A stretch of DNA of 64,000 nt from Bugula neritina (Eukaryota > Animalia > Bryozoa). The notes beneath the pieces are model-generated. The model saw only the letters and a program-made list of their open reading frames with translations. It had not been told where the DNA came from and did no database searches. Each line of letters opens with the position of its first letter. The stretch's first letter is position 1. The position numbers were made by a program, and so were the translations under genes. Where the stretch lies: contig OZ037768.1 of assembly GCA_964035545.1 (NCBI GenBank), positions 21,545,119 to 21,609,118 of the forward strand, in the 5' to 3' direction. Below, one piece after another: positions 26,901 through 41,900 of this stretch.

Positions 26901-29900
26901 AAATCGTCAATGAGTGAAACACTTGGATGGAAGTAAAAGAATACCCCAGTTGTGTTTGCATGCAGTGCACTAACTAAACAGTCACTTTAAAAGGATAGTC
27001 AAAACATAGTTATGAAATAACAGATATCTATCATAATAAGAAGTCAATATTGGTACATTCCCACTAGGTTGGGCTTTGCTACATAGAATTATATCATACA
27101 TATTTCAAGGGTTAGATAGGTTGAAGGATAATGACACCAGATGTAGCGCATTACAATGTAAAAAATGAATTACGTATTTCTCACTGCAAGGTTCAAACAC
27201 TGGCCACTAGGGTGAAACCCTACTAAACAATAATATATAGTTGTATATTGTACAGAGCATTAGTGTATTGTACAGGTAGGTAAGGCTATACTTATTCAGT
27301 CTATTGTAAGTGAGCATGCAGTGAACTGTGAGAGTATACAAAGGACTAAGTGAATGCTGCATAACAATAATTACTTTAATTAAAAGTTCAATGGAGCCAT
27401 AAGCTTAACCCCCAAGAGAATGGAATTTCATTGTCTTTAAACTTTGACTGAGTTTATCTGAAGTGAAATATCTTGCACTGTAGTTACTTTTCAAAAGTTG
27501 AACTAACTTGATCAACATTTTATTTTAAGATTTTATAAAATAACTTAAGATGATGTTTGCAGCTTGAGCTTTAAAATTTTGAGCCTGAAAACCTTCAATT
27601 AGACACTATGTGGGTGGCTAAAAAGCATATAACTAAAATCCAATCTACACCAGCTAGAAGTAAAGTCTTGTGATAACACAGTAGGGCCAAAAATATATTG
27701 CAACAAAAATCACCTCCTAAAAAGAAATATTTAGATTTGTAAAATCTGCACTGGTCAGGAGTGTTTAAATTGAATAAATTATGTTGATACCAACAAAAAA
27801 TCGTTTTGTATGCTGTTTCAATGATCAAACTCATTTAATCAGGTTACAAGTAAGTAGTTACCATGAGAAGATAACTTTGAATAGAAGTATCATTATATTA
27901 TACATTATAAATTAACTATTATAAGAATAACAGCGGTATTGAGATTACCAAAACTTAATACTTTATATATACTAATTTGATAACTTTAAGGTGAAATAAA
28001 CATGATTGTTGTAGAGCATTGGTTGGTTGAGGTGTTAGTTTCTTTGCATATCTTAGTACACCAAGGCTATTAAATTAACAAGCTTGCTCTAATACAACAT
28101 GACTTGATGTCATAAAACATTCTACGCAATTTTCCATAGAATTGGGTATTAATGATGCAAACAGCAAATCAAGGAGAGTTTATTGGTTCTACAAAATTAT
28201 GTTTCAAAATGAGGTTAAAATACAGTGAGTTAACTCATTTTATGAGCTGATTACAGGACCTCACAATCTTTCATATAGCAATAACTTGGGGGGGGGGGAG
28301 GTGAAACCCATTCTATCGCCAGAAAGCCAGTAAAGAGAAAGCAGGGTGAAAAAACTATGTTAACACTGGAATATTTTACAATTATTTATATAAATATTTA
28401 AAGAACTGACAGCTTATGAACCAAATTTAACTTCCCAGGAATGCTGAAAGGTCAAATAAAGGTGATGTGTATATGGGTAGGCTGGTGATGTCACAGAGAT
28501 GGCCTTGAAGTGATGTGAGACCAAGATTTATAATGTAATATAATAGTAATATATTACATTATACTGAGTAATATAATATATTACATTAAACTGAGTAATA
28601 TAATATATTAGCAATATATCATTATATACTGAGTAATATAAAAATAATACACCATTATACTGAGTAATATAATATTATAAGAGTAATATATTATTGTACT
28701 GAGTAATATAATATTTTAGCAATATATCATTAATACTGAGTTATGTATTATAATAATTATACAATATACTCACACTGAGTAATACCTATAATATACTAGT
28801 ATTATATCATTATATTGTGTAATATAATATATTAGTGACATCTCGTTATACTGAGTAATATAATACACCATTATCAAATTAGATGATTAGTTTAGCATGC
28901 AGTTTATAGTTTGTTGATGAAGTGATGAGGGCCTATCAGTTATGGGTACAAATGTATGAGCATTGAGAAGGTCAGCTAGCGGTTAACCATTAAATCATAA
29001 CTGAACTACTGAAGGACTATATTATACTACTGAAATAATAGTACACTATATATATAACACAATATACACTGAAGGTAGTAATAGTTTCACATATATATAA
29101 CACAATATACACTGGAGGTAGTAATAGTTATATATTCATATAACGAACTAACATCACAACTCTTCTTAATTTTGAATGTTTTCTCTGTGTAGTTGCATTC
29201 TACAGTCACCCTAAATAACATCCTAACAATGTATAAAAGACTACACCGGTACCATTATGTACTTAGAATATATCACTGTTTGACTTCAAAGTCACCCATC
29301 TATTCCAAAGTATTCAGGAAGTAAAATACTGGGGTTTCCGCTTCGTTAATTACATAAATCAGAATATCATTTATGCATTAAATATAGTAATTATTGACCG
29401 AATTATTGTTAGTTTATGTCAATTTAAAACTAAATGACAATAAACACATTCATTTTACAACATGGCAGATATGGATAAGGCATTGAAAATAATTAGTATA
29501 CTATAACTATGAAAGACAACTCCAAATATGATGGCTAGATTTATTTATGCAGGTACAGCTAAATGATTGCGTAGTGAATACATATTGCATACATTTGGTG
29601 TTTCACAATAAGTATGACTTCAACACGTAGAAGGCCACATTGTTTACATAAACTAAAGTGGCCTTGTAATTGATTTTTATGAGGTTACAAAATTATGCAG
29701 GAAAAGTAATTATTTCATCATTTGCCAAAATTATGAAACAATTATTGTTTCCATGCAATGTGAGCAAGCTACAAATGAATCACTGATAACTGAATTTCTA
29801 TGTTTCAAATTTGTTTATTTAGAAAAGTGTTGAGTACTGTGATTACCAACTATAAAAATCCATTCTAAACAATAAATGCTGTAAATATGTCGAAGTTGCA

Positions 29901-32900
29901 TAAGAAGTTGCAGTTGGAAGCCACAGGTCTACCATGACAAGATTGCAAAACTTCAGTCATCAAAATTTTAGGAATTCGCTGTTTTGTGGTTAAATAAATA
30001 CAATACAGCTTTTTACTTAACCTTAGTCTTAAGAAAACTGATAATATAGTTTATAAAGGTTATGCTAGAGGGTGAAGCTGACCGAATGAATTACATAATT
30101 TCTATATTAAATTAATGAAGGGAGCAGCCGTGGTCTAGGGGTTAGAGTGTCTGCCTAGTAAGCACAAAGGTCATGGGTTCGAGCCCGGACAAAGGCCGTT
30201 GGTGATGTTAGGAAGAGCATGCAGTCATAATTGCTCATGTGCCTCATCTAAACAACCCCTTAGCCCGCTTTAACAAAAACTCTTTCTATCAGTGGTTTAT
30301 CACAGGGATATAGAGACTATAAACAAGGGTGAGTTTTTTATATTAAAATTAATGAGCACATTTTTATTCTATCAATGATAATATAAATATTATTTGAACA
30401 TAAATGGTATAGATACTGTTATGCAAAGCATTTCTTTCACAAACTTTTTAAAGCAGCATGGAACTTGTCGAGTACCTAGGAGGGGGACACAACTCTAGGA
30501 TGAAAGAATCAAGCAACTTCCAAAACTGCCCAGGTGTTCTTGTAATAATATCTAGCAAAGTTAGTTAGGTTTGGCATTCCGTCATAATTGCTCCTCATTT
30601 GCCACAATAGATAGCAAGTTTTAACCCGCTTATAAACCTTTTTCCAACAGGGGCTTCACACAGGGATGGCGACTATAAAACCGTCTGAGTTAATTTGGTA
30701 AAGTTAGCCGAAGCTCAATATAAAGCAGGCTTGAGCGAGACATTAGCAAGCACTGAATAATTATGTAAAGATGATGGGTGCAAGATGACATCATAAAAAC
30801 AATCAGAGAAGACAGGTGACTATAGAAGACATAATGAGGAAGGGATAATAAAACATACACGTGACCTGCAGCCGCCATCTTGTGAGATAGTCAAACCGTG
30901 CATCATTGTGACAACAAAAATGATTCTAATGAAAGATAAATATGAGCTCAGCTGAACGACATTTAGGAGCATAGACTGCATATAAAACTTGTAATAAAAA
31001 CTCTTAGACATGAATAAAAGGCATAGGTGACTTGAATATATCACCCCTACAGTATATTTTTCTTCATGAATATAAACGACATTTCTTCTCTCAAACAGAA
31101 AGACCAAAAGTGGCTAGAGGTGGGCTAGAGCAAGAGAAATAGGTGAAAGCTCCAGTTGGTAGCCACAGTTAAATATATAAAAGGCCTAAGTTCTTCAATG
31201 GTACTTTTGTGCAGCTTAAAAATCTGATGAGACATTTTTTTACTATATTTTTCATCTAAAACACAGAGCTGCCCCAATTTCTCCAATACTCCACTAATCT
31301 TATTGCTCAAAAACTAAAACTTATCCAGAAACTTTTAACATAAAATTTGTTCTTGGCATCCCAATCCATTTATACTCGTTTATATCAGATAAATCAAAGA
31401 ATTTTGGAAGTGGAAGTGTAACTGAGAAGGCGCCAACAAATTCTAAGCATTACACTTCCCAGTACTACGTGATATGCACCACACATACCCGTATTATAAC
31501 TTGTTGGCAATAGAAACTTGGCAACTCCGAACTTGGTATTTAGCCATATAGTTGGGAGGTGATTCGTCTCAGAAAAAGGTAGGTTGACGGAGCCAGCTAT
31601 GGCGTGAATATCTTATGGTTTAAAATTCGTCTACATAGTAAACCTATAGATTATAAAATAAAACAGATAAATGAAAATGCTGTTCAACATTTTTGGCAAT
31701 CTACAACTTTTATACAAAGTCTAACTCAAACCAATTGGATGTTCACCTCGGCAGTTGGATCAAGACTGTGTCGACTGGCTTGGCAGCATTTGAAGCAAAA
31801 TGTAGAATTACTGCTATTGAAAAACGATGGAAAGGAAAAATCTAAGACTTGGTCAATACAGAATCACCTCACCATTGGGTTAAATGCACTGAATTCGCTT
31901 TTCCTGCATTCGATACTTAGCCACCAACGTGCTTGTAAAAAATCTGATATGTTGTGTATACATTAGCACTTTTGTTTTTTGTTCCTGGTGCAGTTTATAT
32001 GCATACTTTCTTCTCATTAATCTTCAATCCCGAAGTTTTGCCTCATTATAACTTTTATAGCAATTTTTTGGTAAAGTAGTTTGTGTTCAGATAAACCGTA
32101 GACTATTAAATAATAAAAACCTACAAAATCCAATCCCAAACTTCTGAATAACTAGTTACATGTATCATCTTTCTGATGGAGGCACATTGATTGTTTAAGG
32201 CTTAAGCCAAAGGCTAAGAATAATTTTTCGAATTTTTTTAATTTTAATTAAAATCTTTACTCAATTAAAAAGTTTTGTATATAAAAAAAAATTTATGCCT
32301 CACTAGACTTCCTTAATGAAAAAATTAAATAATTTAGACTATTAGAATTTCTCCACTATACTGTACATAAACACTCAAGGTATGGTAAATTATACCATAT
32401 ATAATTTATGCAGCAGAAGTCTTAGTGAAATCAGTTTAATTGAAGATGCAGTCAGTAATATGAGTTGAAGAAACCCTAGATGAAATATCTTAGGAACTTT
32501 AGTATATAATTACATAATTGTAGAACCAAAATTTGTAGTCATATATAGTACATAATAGTATACGATGCATCTATATGTAAATTATATACCTTTGGTATAA
32601 GAACGTTTGCATACAGAAATGAAATCTACAATTACACAGCATACAAAATTATACTTGTATATCTAAATACATAACAACTATATTTGCTACTAGTTATATG
32701 GACATAGAACAAGCAGTACATTTACCTGAAATAGCAATTATGTGCCAAGTGCCTAAAATATATAGTCACCAAAACTCAATATTTATTACATTTTTAGGAG
32801 AAGGATTGGCATCTGTTTTGATTTACTACTTCTAAAGAATGTTAACAACCCATTTACCTCAACCATTGTCAAAATAATGTGAAAATGTAAACATAATAAC

Positions 32901-35900
32901 ACTATATTACATATATTATACTTTAGTATATTTCATATTCTACCACAACACATGCCATATACTATAACACATGTCACATTATACTATAGTAAATTTCAAA
33001 TTGTAGTGTAGTACAGTTGATGTTCTATTATAGTATGCATCATATTGTACTTTTGACTTCAATAGCAGTGAAACTGAAGGCGGTAGAATGTTTTAACAAA
33101 GTTTTAGCCATTCCACCTGCAACATGCAGGTATAACTATGAAGAGGCGTGTAGCTACATCAAAAGTCGGTCATTCAAATAACACGTGACATGAAGAACTG
33201 ACTGTTTCATCTGAGAACCAGCTAAACGTGTTTGCTCGCACGTTGAGTCTATAATATCTATTCATCCAATTAGAGCTCAGATAACAAAAGTTAACAAATG
33301 GGCTAGGAACTATCGCCATGCCGATAACATGGCACAGGAGAAATTACGATCAAATTACATATCACATAGAATCGAACACTACAACATGGCTTCTTTATGT
33401 TTCCAATAATATATTTGGAGTATAAGACTTAAAAGACAAACTAATTATACTGTAGAGTTTAGAGCAGGGGTGTACAACCTTTTCAGACCGAGGGTCACTG
33501 AAAGGGAATATTTTGTGGCGAGGGCCTCATTGTAAACTACAGCTTGAGCTGAGGGGCACAGCATCAGTATTTTTCAAATTAATTTGTTCCAAATTCTCAT
33601 GAAAAATTAGACAGTTTAGTCCCAACTGTTACTGCAGTCTGCATGTTTTGTAGCATGTGTAGGAAAAAGACATTTAAAATGTGGTTTTTCACTCTAATTC
33701 ATGTATATGTGTAAAAGCTAATCTTAGCTTTTTGCCTTAGAGGGCCACATAAATGTGGGCTGGGGGCCATATCCGCCGTGGGGTTGCCTGTTGGACAGCC
33801 CTGGTTTAGAGTATTGTTAATTATAGAGGTCCGTGTAGTAGAGCAGAGTTTGGTCTAAGAATAAACAGTCTATTGTCAAGTGTTACTACTAATACTATGC
33901 TACATGTACAAAGTGCACTAACTACATAAAGCTGAATAAGTATAAATGTATTTAAAAGTTTGCTACATTATATCATGTAACTATATTATTATATTTATAT
34001 AATATATATATAATTATATTTATTACTTTCTACTACAGAAACCGAAAGGTCATAACAATAACATCAGAGTGGCGTCAGCTTACTATTTACATATCAAAGC
34101 TAGCCAGGAAATTCAATGCTGGTACTTAGTGAAGAGGGAAGTGAAAAAGGTGTGCATCATGTATGACTGCACTGAGGAATGTCTAAGAAGTGTCTGCTGG
34201 TATGCAGAACACCTGACCAACGAGTTCTCCAACTTATAACTAGAAGTGATACGGACTTTCAGCTGAGTAGCGTTTAAAAATAGTACAGACAAAAAGTGCT
34301 TTCTAAATATAGTATTGATTATCCTTATATACAGAATATAATTGTAAAAAATTATCTTTGTCTCCCATAACACCATGGTAATGAAAATAAATAAATTAGT
34401 TAAATTCCGAAACACTTTTTTTGTAAAATTTCAATTTTATTAACATCTCAATTACCTAAAATTTATGAAAATTAGTTTTTAGTTTCACTAGTTTTACAAT
34501 TGCAAGTAGTTTAAAAAATGTAATAAAAGCATGTAGACTTCAAACGTTCTTTTTACCATCGAGTAAACTAAAACAGCAACTCATACTGTAAATTATACCC
34601 ATGATATTTTATTATAGTTCAATACTAACATATTTCTATCTTAGATTATCATACACAACATTATATACTAGGAGATACTAGCATATTGCTCTTACAGGAA
34701 ATGTCATCATTCTACTGCAATGATCAACTTTAATAAATTGAAGAAAAGTTGAAATATATATAAAAAACCAACTAAAACTTTTAGTCCTAAAATTGTTAAA
34801 ATCCAGTGCAATTTAGGATCTGTGTAGATTTGATAGTAACTATAACTGTTTTGAAGAACTGAAAACAAATAATACTGACACGAGAAGAAGTTTGATCAAA
34901 TTCTCAAACACGATAGGGAAAAGTAATTTGTTTATTTTTGTTAGGTAAAAAGATTTACCAATTAATGAACTGCATTAGATTAGTTACTGAGGCACTATAC
35001 AATTTAGTGAGTACAATTTTTGTTTGTTTGTATTTGCTTTCAATGAAGTTATACTTGATGTCCCCTCAACCAATTTAAATGTAGTTTTAACGCAACTCAC
35101 TATAAATGCAATGCTGGTTGATCCAAAGGAAATTTACCATTGTCAGCCATTCTCTACGCTTGTATTTGGCAGTAAACCACAAGCAAAATTAACTCTTTTT
35201 AACCACAAAAAACCTTTGAATACAACTTGTGTTACTCAAGAAACACTACGCAGTACACGTGCATGTAAATTTTGGAGTTGTTTACTGCTTATTTTTCCTA
35301 AGCTAAGATCATAACTCCAAATTGAATATAAAACTACGCTGAACATTTCTCAAATTAACAGATTTTTACTACACTTATATTTAACAGTTAACAGCTACAT
35401 AGCAAACAACACGGCAAAGCATAACACTAACTAAAGGCAGCAGTACAAAGGGGCAGAATTGACAAAAGCATACACTCACCACCGACACTTTGTGTGACTC
35501 TTGTGTTTGTGAGGACGTAAAAGGCAGAAGGCAGCAGAAAACTTTGATGACTTCATTCCGTCGGCTGGTGACAGCAAATGATGAGCCTGAGCAACAGCAA
35601 TAAACATATGAATTATCTCCACTTGAAATAATGATTTACATAAAAACTGCTAAGCATTAAACAAGTTATTACTTGTGCTGGAACTTAAGTTTGGACTTGG
35701 GTAACTTGACAATAATCTTAGTCTGAACATAAGACAGTAGTTCAACTCACCGAGTAGATATTCTGTAAGTATCTGGATACAGTCTGTACTGGCTGCGTCA
35801 TTCATCATGTAGTCAAACAGCTTAAACATTCAATTAGATGTATATGACATATTCCTATATGTATTTCAAGTTAGGAAGTTACTAAATGCTTTATCTATAA

Positions 35901-38900
35901 GCTGTATTAGAATATATTATCAGGTTTCAATTTACAAATGCAACTGTGCGCTAAATATGATATGAATAATTTCTGTAACACAGGAATATGCAAAAACAAG
36001 GAAGGTAACACTTCTGTATACATGCACACATACACGCACACATATATATATCTTATATTACTACAAATTAATGGTATAAAGCTACACATGCAATGACTTT
36101 ATACACTAACATATAAACAAAGCTTGACAGCACACACTTACCTTACGAGGTTTCTTAGCATCAGCAGTGGACTGCAAGACTTGCTGTAAAACTGCAAGCT
36201 GATTGGTCAATGAGCGAGGTGACACGGCAGGATAAGCATGCATTTCCTGCGGCCATTTCTCAGCAAACTTGGCTTCTATTGCTTGATCGTTGAATACGAT
36301 GTTGTAGATGTACATACTGTCACTATCGTACATGTACGTGCCTGTAGTTCGACAATACAGTAAGTACAATTGTAGTATGGTAAGTACAATTAGAGTATAG
36401 TAAGTACAATTGTAGTATAGTAAGTACAATTGTAGTATAGTAAGTACAATTGGAGAATAGTAAGTACAATTGGAGTAAAGTAAGTACAATTAGAGTACAG
36501 TAAGTACAATTGGAGTATAGTAAGTACAATTAGAGTATAGTAAATTCAGCTGAATCAGAGTACTAAATAGAATTGATGTATATCCTAGAGTATACAGACT
36601 AAAGGTAAATGCTGGCATATAGTAAACAGTCAAGTGTCTTGAGAAATATTAAATAGTAAGGCATGAGACGAGAAGTAGATTAGAAGTGGAGCTGACCTGG
36701 TTTAGTGTAGAGTCTAGAGAGATTGAGTCTACTTAGTGTGGACTTGCATTCGGCTACTCTGCTATGGCTTTCACCTTAATACAACAGAACAGTAGAGTAT
36801 ATAATAGAATAGTAGAGTATATAATAGAATAGTAGAGAGTATATAATATAATAGTAGAGTATATAATAGAATAGTAGAGTATATAATATAATAGTAGAGT
36901 ATATAATAGAATAGTAGAGTATATAATATAATAGTAGAGTATATAATAGAATAGTAGAGTATATAATAGAATAGTAGAGTATATAATATAATAGTAGAGT
37001 ATATAATATAATAGCAGAGTATATAATATAATAGTAGAGTATATAATATAATAGCAGAGTATATAATAGAATAGTAGAGTATATAATAGAATAGTAGAGT
37101 ATATAATATAATAGTAGAGTATATAATATAATAGCAGAGTATATAATATAATAGTAGAGTATATAATATAATAGCAGAGTATATAATAGAATAGTAGAGT
37201 ATATAATAGAATAGTAGAGTGTATATAATAGAACAGTAGAGTATATAATATAACAGTAGAGTATATAATAAGATAGAAGCATACAAGTACCTCCACAGAT
37301 AATGTTCAAGGCCCCAAGGTCTGCTATATCTTGAACATTGATCACATGAGTGAAGACATCAGGTAAATAAGCCACCACATAGTTGCCTACAACAACAGCG
37401 GATTGTTTATATGCAGAGGGAATTAATTACTTAACTATTTGCAAATAAAGTCGTGTTTATTTAGTCTTCACCCCTGATAGTTTTTTAAACGGGATAACGA
37501 CTGTGTCTTTTATTATGCTGGCAAAAGAGTTTTGAGGGCGTTTAGGGTAATTATTATCTAGGACCTTCTCAATATCCCCAATGACCTTGTTGAAATTCGA
37601 ACCGATGACCTACGGCAGCACGATAACCGCTAGACCACAGACGCTCCCTTGACAAGTTACAAGGATAAAACAGTTTAACTTCCCAGAGAACAATTCTAAA
37701 TATCAATTCTCAACATGAAATTTATTAAAAACAGTGTAGTGAAAGAAGGTAAACACTCCCTCCCTGACAATGGCACTGAGGCTAAATAGACAGTAGTAGT
37801 CTGATACCCACCAATCAGAGTGAAGTGAATGCACATCTTCCTCAGTTTGCTAGGGACATTAGGCACCGAAATGCGCAGAGATTTTTCTACAAAATACAAC
37901 AATCATTTAAAATAAATTATTCAAGTAAAAATAATTAATAAATAAAATCAGTTAAATTTGAAAATTTCTAGAAGCTAAAACCGTTTTTACAGCAAAATAC
38001 ATGAAAGGTAGATAAACTAACTACGCAATAAAAACAAATTAAAACTGTTTAGTCCAGCAGAAAAAATAATGCAAGCACTTTCTTAGTTATTTAATAGAAC
38101 TGGTAAAAACAAGAGGTAAATACTTCATCAATCCTTTGCTTGGGCTTTCACAATGCATTTATGAAATATTTTTGCTTTCCATATCATACAGTGTATATAA
38201 TGGAACAGCAGAGTTATTTTTATAATATTTTTATCTTTACACTAAAAAGATCTAACAAAGCCCTTTCCAAGGATATAAAACAGCAAAAGATGGCAAACAT
38301 GCTGTGAGATAAACCGTAGACACTGCTGAATCTTACTGAGCATACGAAGTAATGCTCACACAAAAATAATTAGAGTACTCATTAAAAGAAATGAATACAC
38401 GTTTACAGTGCAATGAAATCGTAATTACTTTATGTTAATGGTCAACTTGCATTTATAGCATGTCATAAATTTACCAGAAGTAAAGGGTTGTTTAATCTAA
38501 AAGCTTTCACAAACTATAAAATCGCCATAGAAACAGCGGCCCAGCAGGGAATACTAACTTCCTACCGTGAACAAAAGAGATAATCTCATAGGACAAGGTG
38601 AAAGGAAGGTCGGGCTCATTGGGATTGCGTCGTTTGTAAGGCTCCTGGTTACAGAGGCATAACACAGCATTGGTAGTGTTGTCATTGTTGGTTAACACAA
38701 CAATGTTTCTATCTATATAATCGAAGGATTTTCAAAATTATATAAAATTTTAACTTATATTAGCAAGTTTTATTATTCTTAGCTTAAAAATAGATATATT
38801 TACTGGTCGAGTACTTATGCTGTGTAAATAGATTGTGAAACTACACAAAGAATAATATGTTATAGAGTATTAATTTACAATTAGGAATATGGCTGAAGGT

Positions 38901-41900
38901 AACATTACACGGCTCATAATGTGATAATTTTAATAAATTTCCATGAGAAGATAACTTACCTTGACTCCTCTGCTCTAAATTAAACTTGGACAGACGAGGC
39001 CTTCTTGATGTATCAATCATTATGGGTATGGAGAACTGCAACATGGAAGACATGGAAGCCAAGATTATTAGCTTTACTATCCACTAACATGCAAAGAATA
39101 TTATCTACGGTAAACAAATTAAAATAAAAATGCAATGTTGGAGTTTATTGGAGAATAAGGAGTTATCTACTCCAACGGTTTTTTTTAAAAGATTCTATCT
39201 GAGATCACTACATAATTTTAGAATTATGTTCCAAATTCACACTTGGCCAGAAAAAAATTGCAGTCACATTAAAAATTATTTTTCTATTTCTTTTATTAAT
39301 TAGATTTGTTTCATTTGATGTAAAACTAACCAGTTTATCTAGAGTTGTCCTCTCTGAAGGCTGGTAAACATCAAGGAATCCTCCCATGTCAGAATTGTCA
39401 CATGTGATTGTGAAGAGATGTTGTTTGTCTACATCCCACTGATACCAGAAATGTTTGCCAATAATCCAATCAGGCTTGTATCTCTTTGCTACTTTATCTT
39501 TTAACTATAAATTCACAATTAATTGCATAATAGTAGGTAATAGTGGTAGCTGTATTACATAAGGGAGACAACTTCCAAGTACAATTAAATAGTGGTACTT
39601 GGTTAATAAGATGCATGTGTGCAATTATAGAAAACAAGAACTGTCAACAATTTTTTGTGAGAAAAATACAGAAATGTAAAAATAGAACTTAAAAATAGAC
39701 AGTGGGCCTACCTTCCCAGCACTATCCACAGCTAGTTGGACAACTCCAATATCTACAGAATAAGCATAGGGGGAAAAAGTAAGCAATATTACAATAATAT
39801 ACTTTGTAAATCTGACTTTGCTTAGGTAAAAATAAACTTAGATGATTTTGGCAGTTTGAAAATATTTTGCATAGAAAAGCCAATTGGTCATTTGGCAAAT
39901 TTCTATTTAGGTGTATAAAATGTGGTAAGAGTAATTTAAAAAAGATAAGTTTGTTTGCCCGCCAATTTGTATTTATCTACCAACTACTGAAATATCCAGA
40001 TAAAAAATCAAAAGGATATCAAAGAGACAACTCGAAAAAAATGCAAACTCACCATAGAGATACAATGAGCTATTTCATCATGTAAGGTCAGCTACAAAGA
40101 GTAAGTGCAGGGCCACACGACGGGTTTTACTCGCGCGTGACGTGCGAGAAATCCCGTTTAGCCCAAAAATTGGACGTCATGAGCGGGATTTTCATGCGAA
40201 TAACATGCTGAGCAAGAAATGCGTGTTTGATCTAATTGACTTATTATCATTTAGCTAGCATACTTTTTTATTTTAATTCACATTTTAGCTTTTAGCAAAC
40301 TGAATTAAAACAGTTTCATATAATTTGCATTTCCGCTTTTATAATATCTTTTATAAGTCACTTTGCCGATGACGTAGTTTTATAAACAAACATCTGTAGG
40401 CGAGCAGTAAATTTTAACGCTAACATCATTAGCTAATACATTTTTGCACTCGCAACACACACACTGCGTGTGGCAGGTCACTAGCGTGTATTCTCGCATG
40501 ACACAAACGTGTAAAAACGCGTGGTGTGACCCTACGCTAACTGTTTGAGTACTACCGGCAAATGATAACATATTATACTTACATAAAATATGCTATACTT
40601 ACATTAACTAAGTTATACTTACATATAATGTGCTATACTTACATATAATGTGCTATACTTACATATAATGTGCTATACTTACATATAATGTGCTATACTT
40701 ACATATAATATGCTATACTTACATATACTGAGTTATACTTACATATACTGAGTTATACTTACATATACTGTGCTATACATATACTGAGCTATACTTACAT
40801 ACAATGTGCTATACTTACACTATGCTATACATACATACTGTGCTATACATATACTGAGTTATACATACATATACTGAGTTATACTTACATATACTGAGTT
40901 ATACTTACATATACTGAGCTATACTTACATATACTGAGCTATGCTTACATATACTGAGTTATACTTACATATACTGAGCTATACTTACATATACTGTGCT
41001 ATACATACATATACTGTGTTATACATACATATACTGAGTTATACTCACATTCACTGTGCTCAAACACAACCAGTTTGACTTTTCTATCAGCTTGGTGAAT
41101 GAACTGTGCAGACTTGGTGTTTTCAAGACGTCCCGCTACAATCTCGAACTGAACTGTGTCTCGGCGAACACCGTGTTGCACGTCAGCCACGTAAAGTCTC
41201 ATCTCTATGTATAAGTAAAGATAAGCCGCATGCAAATTAATCATATTCTATAAAACACTATAACTTGTTACTATGTATGAATAATAAAAACAAGTATTAA
41301 AATAGTTGCTACTTTACGATTTTTTCAATTGGTTTTTTCTTAGGCGTTAAACACATATTATGCCATTAATATTTATGAAAATGATTAAACAAACCCATAC
41401 TCTCACTTCACAGGTTATGTTACATAATATGAGTTATTAGAGAAATGCTTTAGATATATAGATGTTTATAAAGCCTTAAGAAAGTTTTGAAGAAATCACA
41501 TTTTGAGACAAATTGTTTGTTGACACAAAATCTTACCTCTAGTAGTGGTTGTTCTGGCTTTGATTGGTCCGTCAGATGCCACACAAAATGCTACAAACAG
41601 CTCTATGGTTTAGAAATAATGATTCGTAACACATATTTCAGCTGTTTATGTATTCTACAGGCAAAGGCTTTTGAAAATCACAAAAAACAAAACAATTTTC
41701 GTACAAAGAATTTATTAGTGTGCCAAAATTTAAAATACTGAAATAATCACCAAAACAATTTATTATTGATGTTATGTAATATTTATACAGTACAACACAA
41801 GTTGTTTGAAAGTTATAGAGAGTGAAGATTAAAAGTTGTGGTCAGCTAAATAGCAGTAAAGAGAAAAAAGAAGTTACTAAATGAAATGTTTAGTTTACCT

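Noticed and set aside
28922-29004. C/D-box snoRNA-like GTGATGA...CTGA
   Set aside because: Antisense to the host intron, with no terminal stem or recognisable rRNA guide.
30121-30195. Possible tRNA gene
   Set aside because: A/B boxes are present but there is no convincing acceptor stem or immediate poly-T terminator; it continues into a SINE body with TSDs and multiple copies.
29150-33116. Exon-like segments at 29150-29210 and 33051-33116 on the minus strand
   Set aside because: Their open phases do not fit the phase-0 junction 35480->17674 and I see no homology.
36754-37296. Three overlapping 170-200 aa Tyr/Ile/Leu-rich ORFs
   Set aside because: Translations of a 20-bp minisatellite; only 37291-37386 and 36697-36774 are real GSAP exons.
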